Part shown: positions 63,222 to 64,000 of the stretch, piece by piece
Layout: each line of letters starts with the position of its first letter
Position numbering within the stretch: the first letter of the stretch is position 1
DNA from: Escherichia coli
GTDB taxonomy: Bacteria; Pseudomonadota; Gammaproteobacteria; Enterobacterales; Enterobacteriaceae
Strand: one strand, 5' to 3'
Length of the DNA stretch: 64,000 bases
Assembly: GCF_013315695.1 (NCBI RefSeq)
Contig: NZ_CP054353.1
Position numbers and translations under genes: made by a program
The notes under the pieces: model-generated
Databases searched by the model: none
Told to the model about the DNA's origin: nothing
The model's input: only the letters and a program-made list of their open reading frames with translations

Positions 63222-63407
63222 ATGACTATTGCTGAACGGCTACGGCAGGAAGGACATCAAATTGGCTGGCAGGAGGGTAAATTAGAAGGCATGCATGAAC
63301 AAGCCATTAAAATTGCCTTGTGCATGCTGGAACAGGGCATTGAGCGTGACCAGGTGCTCGCGGCCACTCAGCTAAGCGAAGCCGATCTGGCAGCGAATAA
63401 CCACTAA
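63222..63407 (+). CDS. ypaA: YpaA, free-standing paralog of the Rpn C-terminal domain
   Basis: 61-aa ORF; first 33 nt including the SD are identical to the internal start region of yfaD. Confidence 0.7.
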   Translation: MTIAERLRQEGHQIGWQEGKLEGMHEQAIKIALCMLEQGIERDQVLAATQLSEADLAANNH

Positions 63408-63447
63408 TTAACACAGGCCCACAGCCGATCCCCATGGGCCTTTGATA

Positions 63448-64000
63448 TCAATAACTACCTTTTACGCGTGGCCCATTTTTGCCTGATTTAAACATCGCCA
63501 GTCGTTGATCCAGGGCATCGCTGTAGAGCATCGTGTCAACGCCAACAGCGACAAAGTTCGCTCCCCACGCCAGGCATTGCTGCGCCATATCAGGAGCCAC
63601 AGCCAGAAAACCAGCAGCTTTACCCGCAGCACGGATCCGCCGAATGCTGGTTTCAATAATTCGCTGCACTTCCGGGTGCCCGGCGTTATCCGGGTAGCCC
63701 AACGAGGCAGAAAGATCCGCAGGTCCAATAAACACGCCATCAATTCCTTCGACGCCGAGGATTTCGTCCAGGTTATCCAGTGCTGTTTTACTTTCCACCT
63801 GCACCAGCAGACAAAGCGAATCGTTGACGTGCGCCATGTAATTCTCAATGCGTCCCCAGCGAGCAGCCCGTGCCACACTGGCCCCAACACCACGCTCACC
63901 GTAGGGAGGATAGCGCGTGGCAGACACCACCTGACGTGCCTGATCGGCAGTATCGACCATTGGGATCAGTAGAGTTTGCGCGCCAATATCCAGGACTTGT
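63448..64000 (-). CDS. rhmA: 2-keto-3-deoxy-L-rhamnonate aldolase (HpcH/HpaI family), N-terminal part beyond window end
   Basis: Minus-strand frame open from 63448 to the window edge; the listed 170-aa ORF is only the C-terminal part (…[16 protein letters not shown]…). Confidence 0.8.

Overview
This window reads as an Escherichia coli (or Shigella) chromosomal segment with a K-12-like backbone: napFDA(partial) - eco - mqo - yojI - alkB - ada - apbE - ompC/micF - rcsD - rcsB - rcsC - atoS - atoC - atoDAEB - yfaPQSTA - gyrA - ubiG - yfaL - nrdA - nrdB - yfaE - inaA - glpQT/glpACB - yfaD(rpnE) - ypaA - rhmA(partial). Gene calls rest on the supplied ORF translations and my recollection of the corresponding proteins; no database search was possible. 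Most of it is ordinary core genome. The parts that deserve a second look are: (1) an IS1 element with a perfect 9-bp target-site duplication that splits the sensor kinase gene atoS; (2) a 3-gene AT-rich accessory module (enolase-superfamily sugar-acid dehydratase, MFS transporter, GntR regulator) lying between gyrA and ubiG, next to an ERIC repeat; (3) an apparent frameshift in an A6 tract at the 5' end of that MFS gene; (4) an intact yfaS alpha-2-macroglobulin-like gene with its four partner genes; (5) an intact LysR-MFS divergent pair between inaA and glpQ; (6) the Rpn-family gene yfaD with an internal ribosome-binding site and start that is duplicated downstream as ypaA, an arrangement reported for intragenic-antitoxin antiphage modules. 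I found no CRISPR array, tRNA/rRNA gene or prophage.
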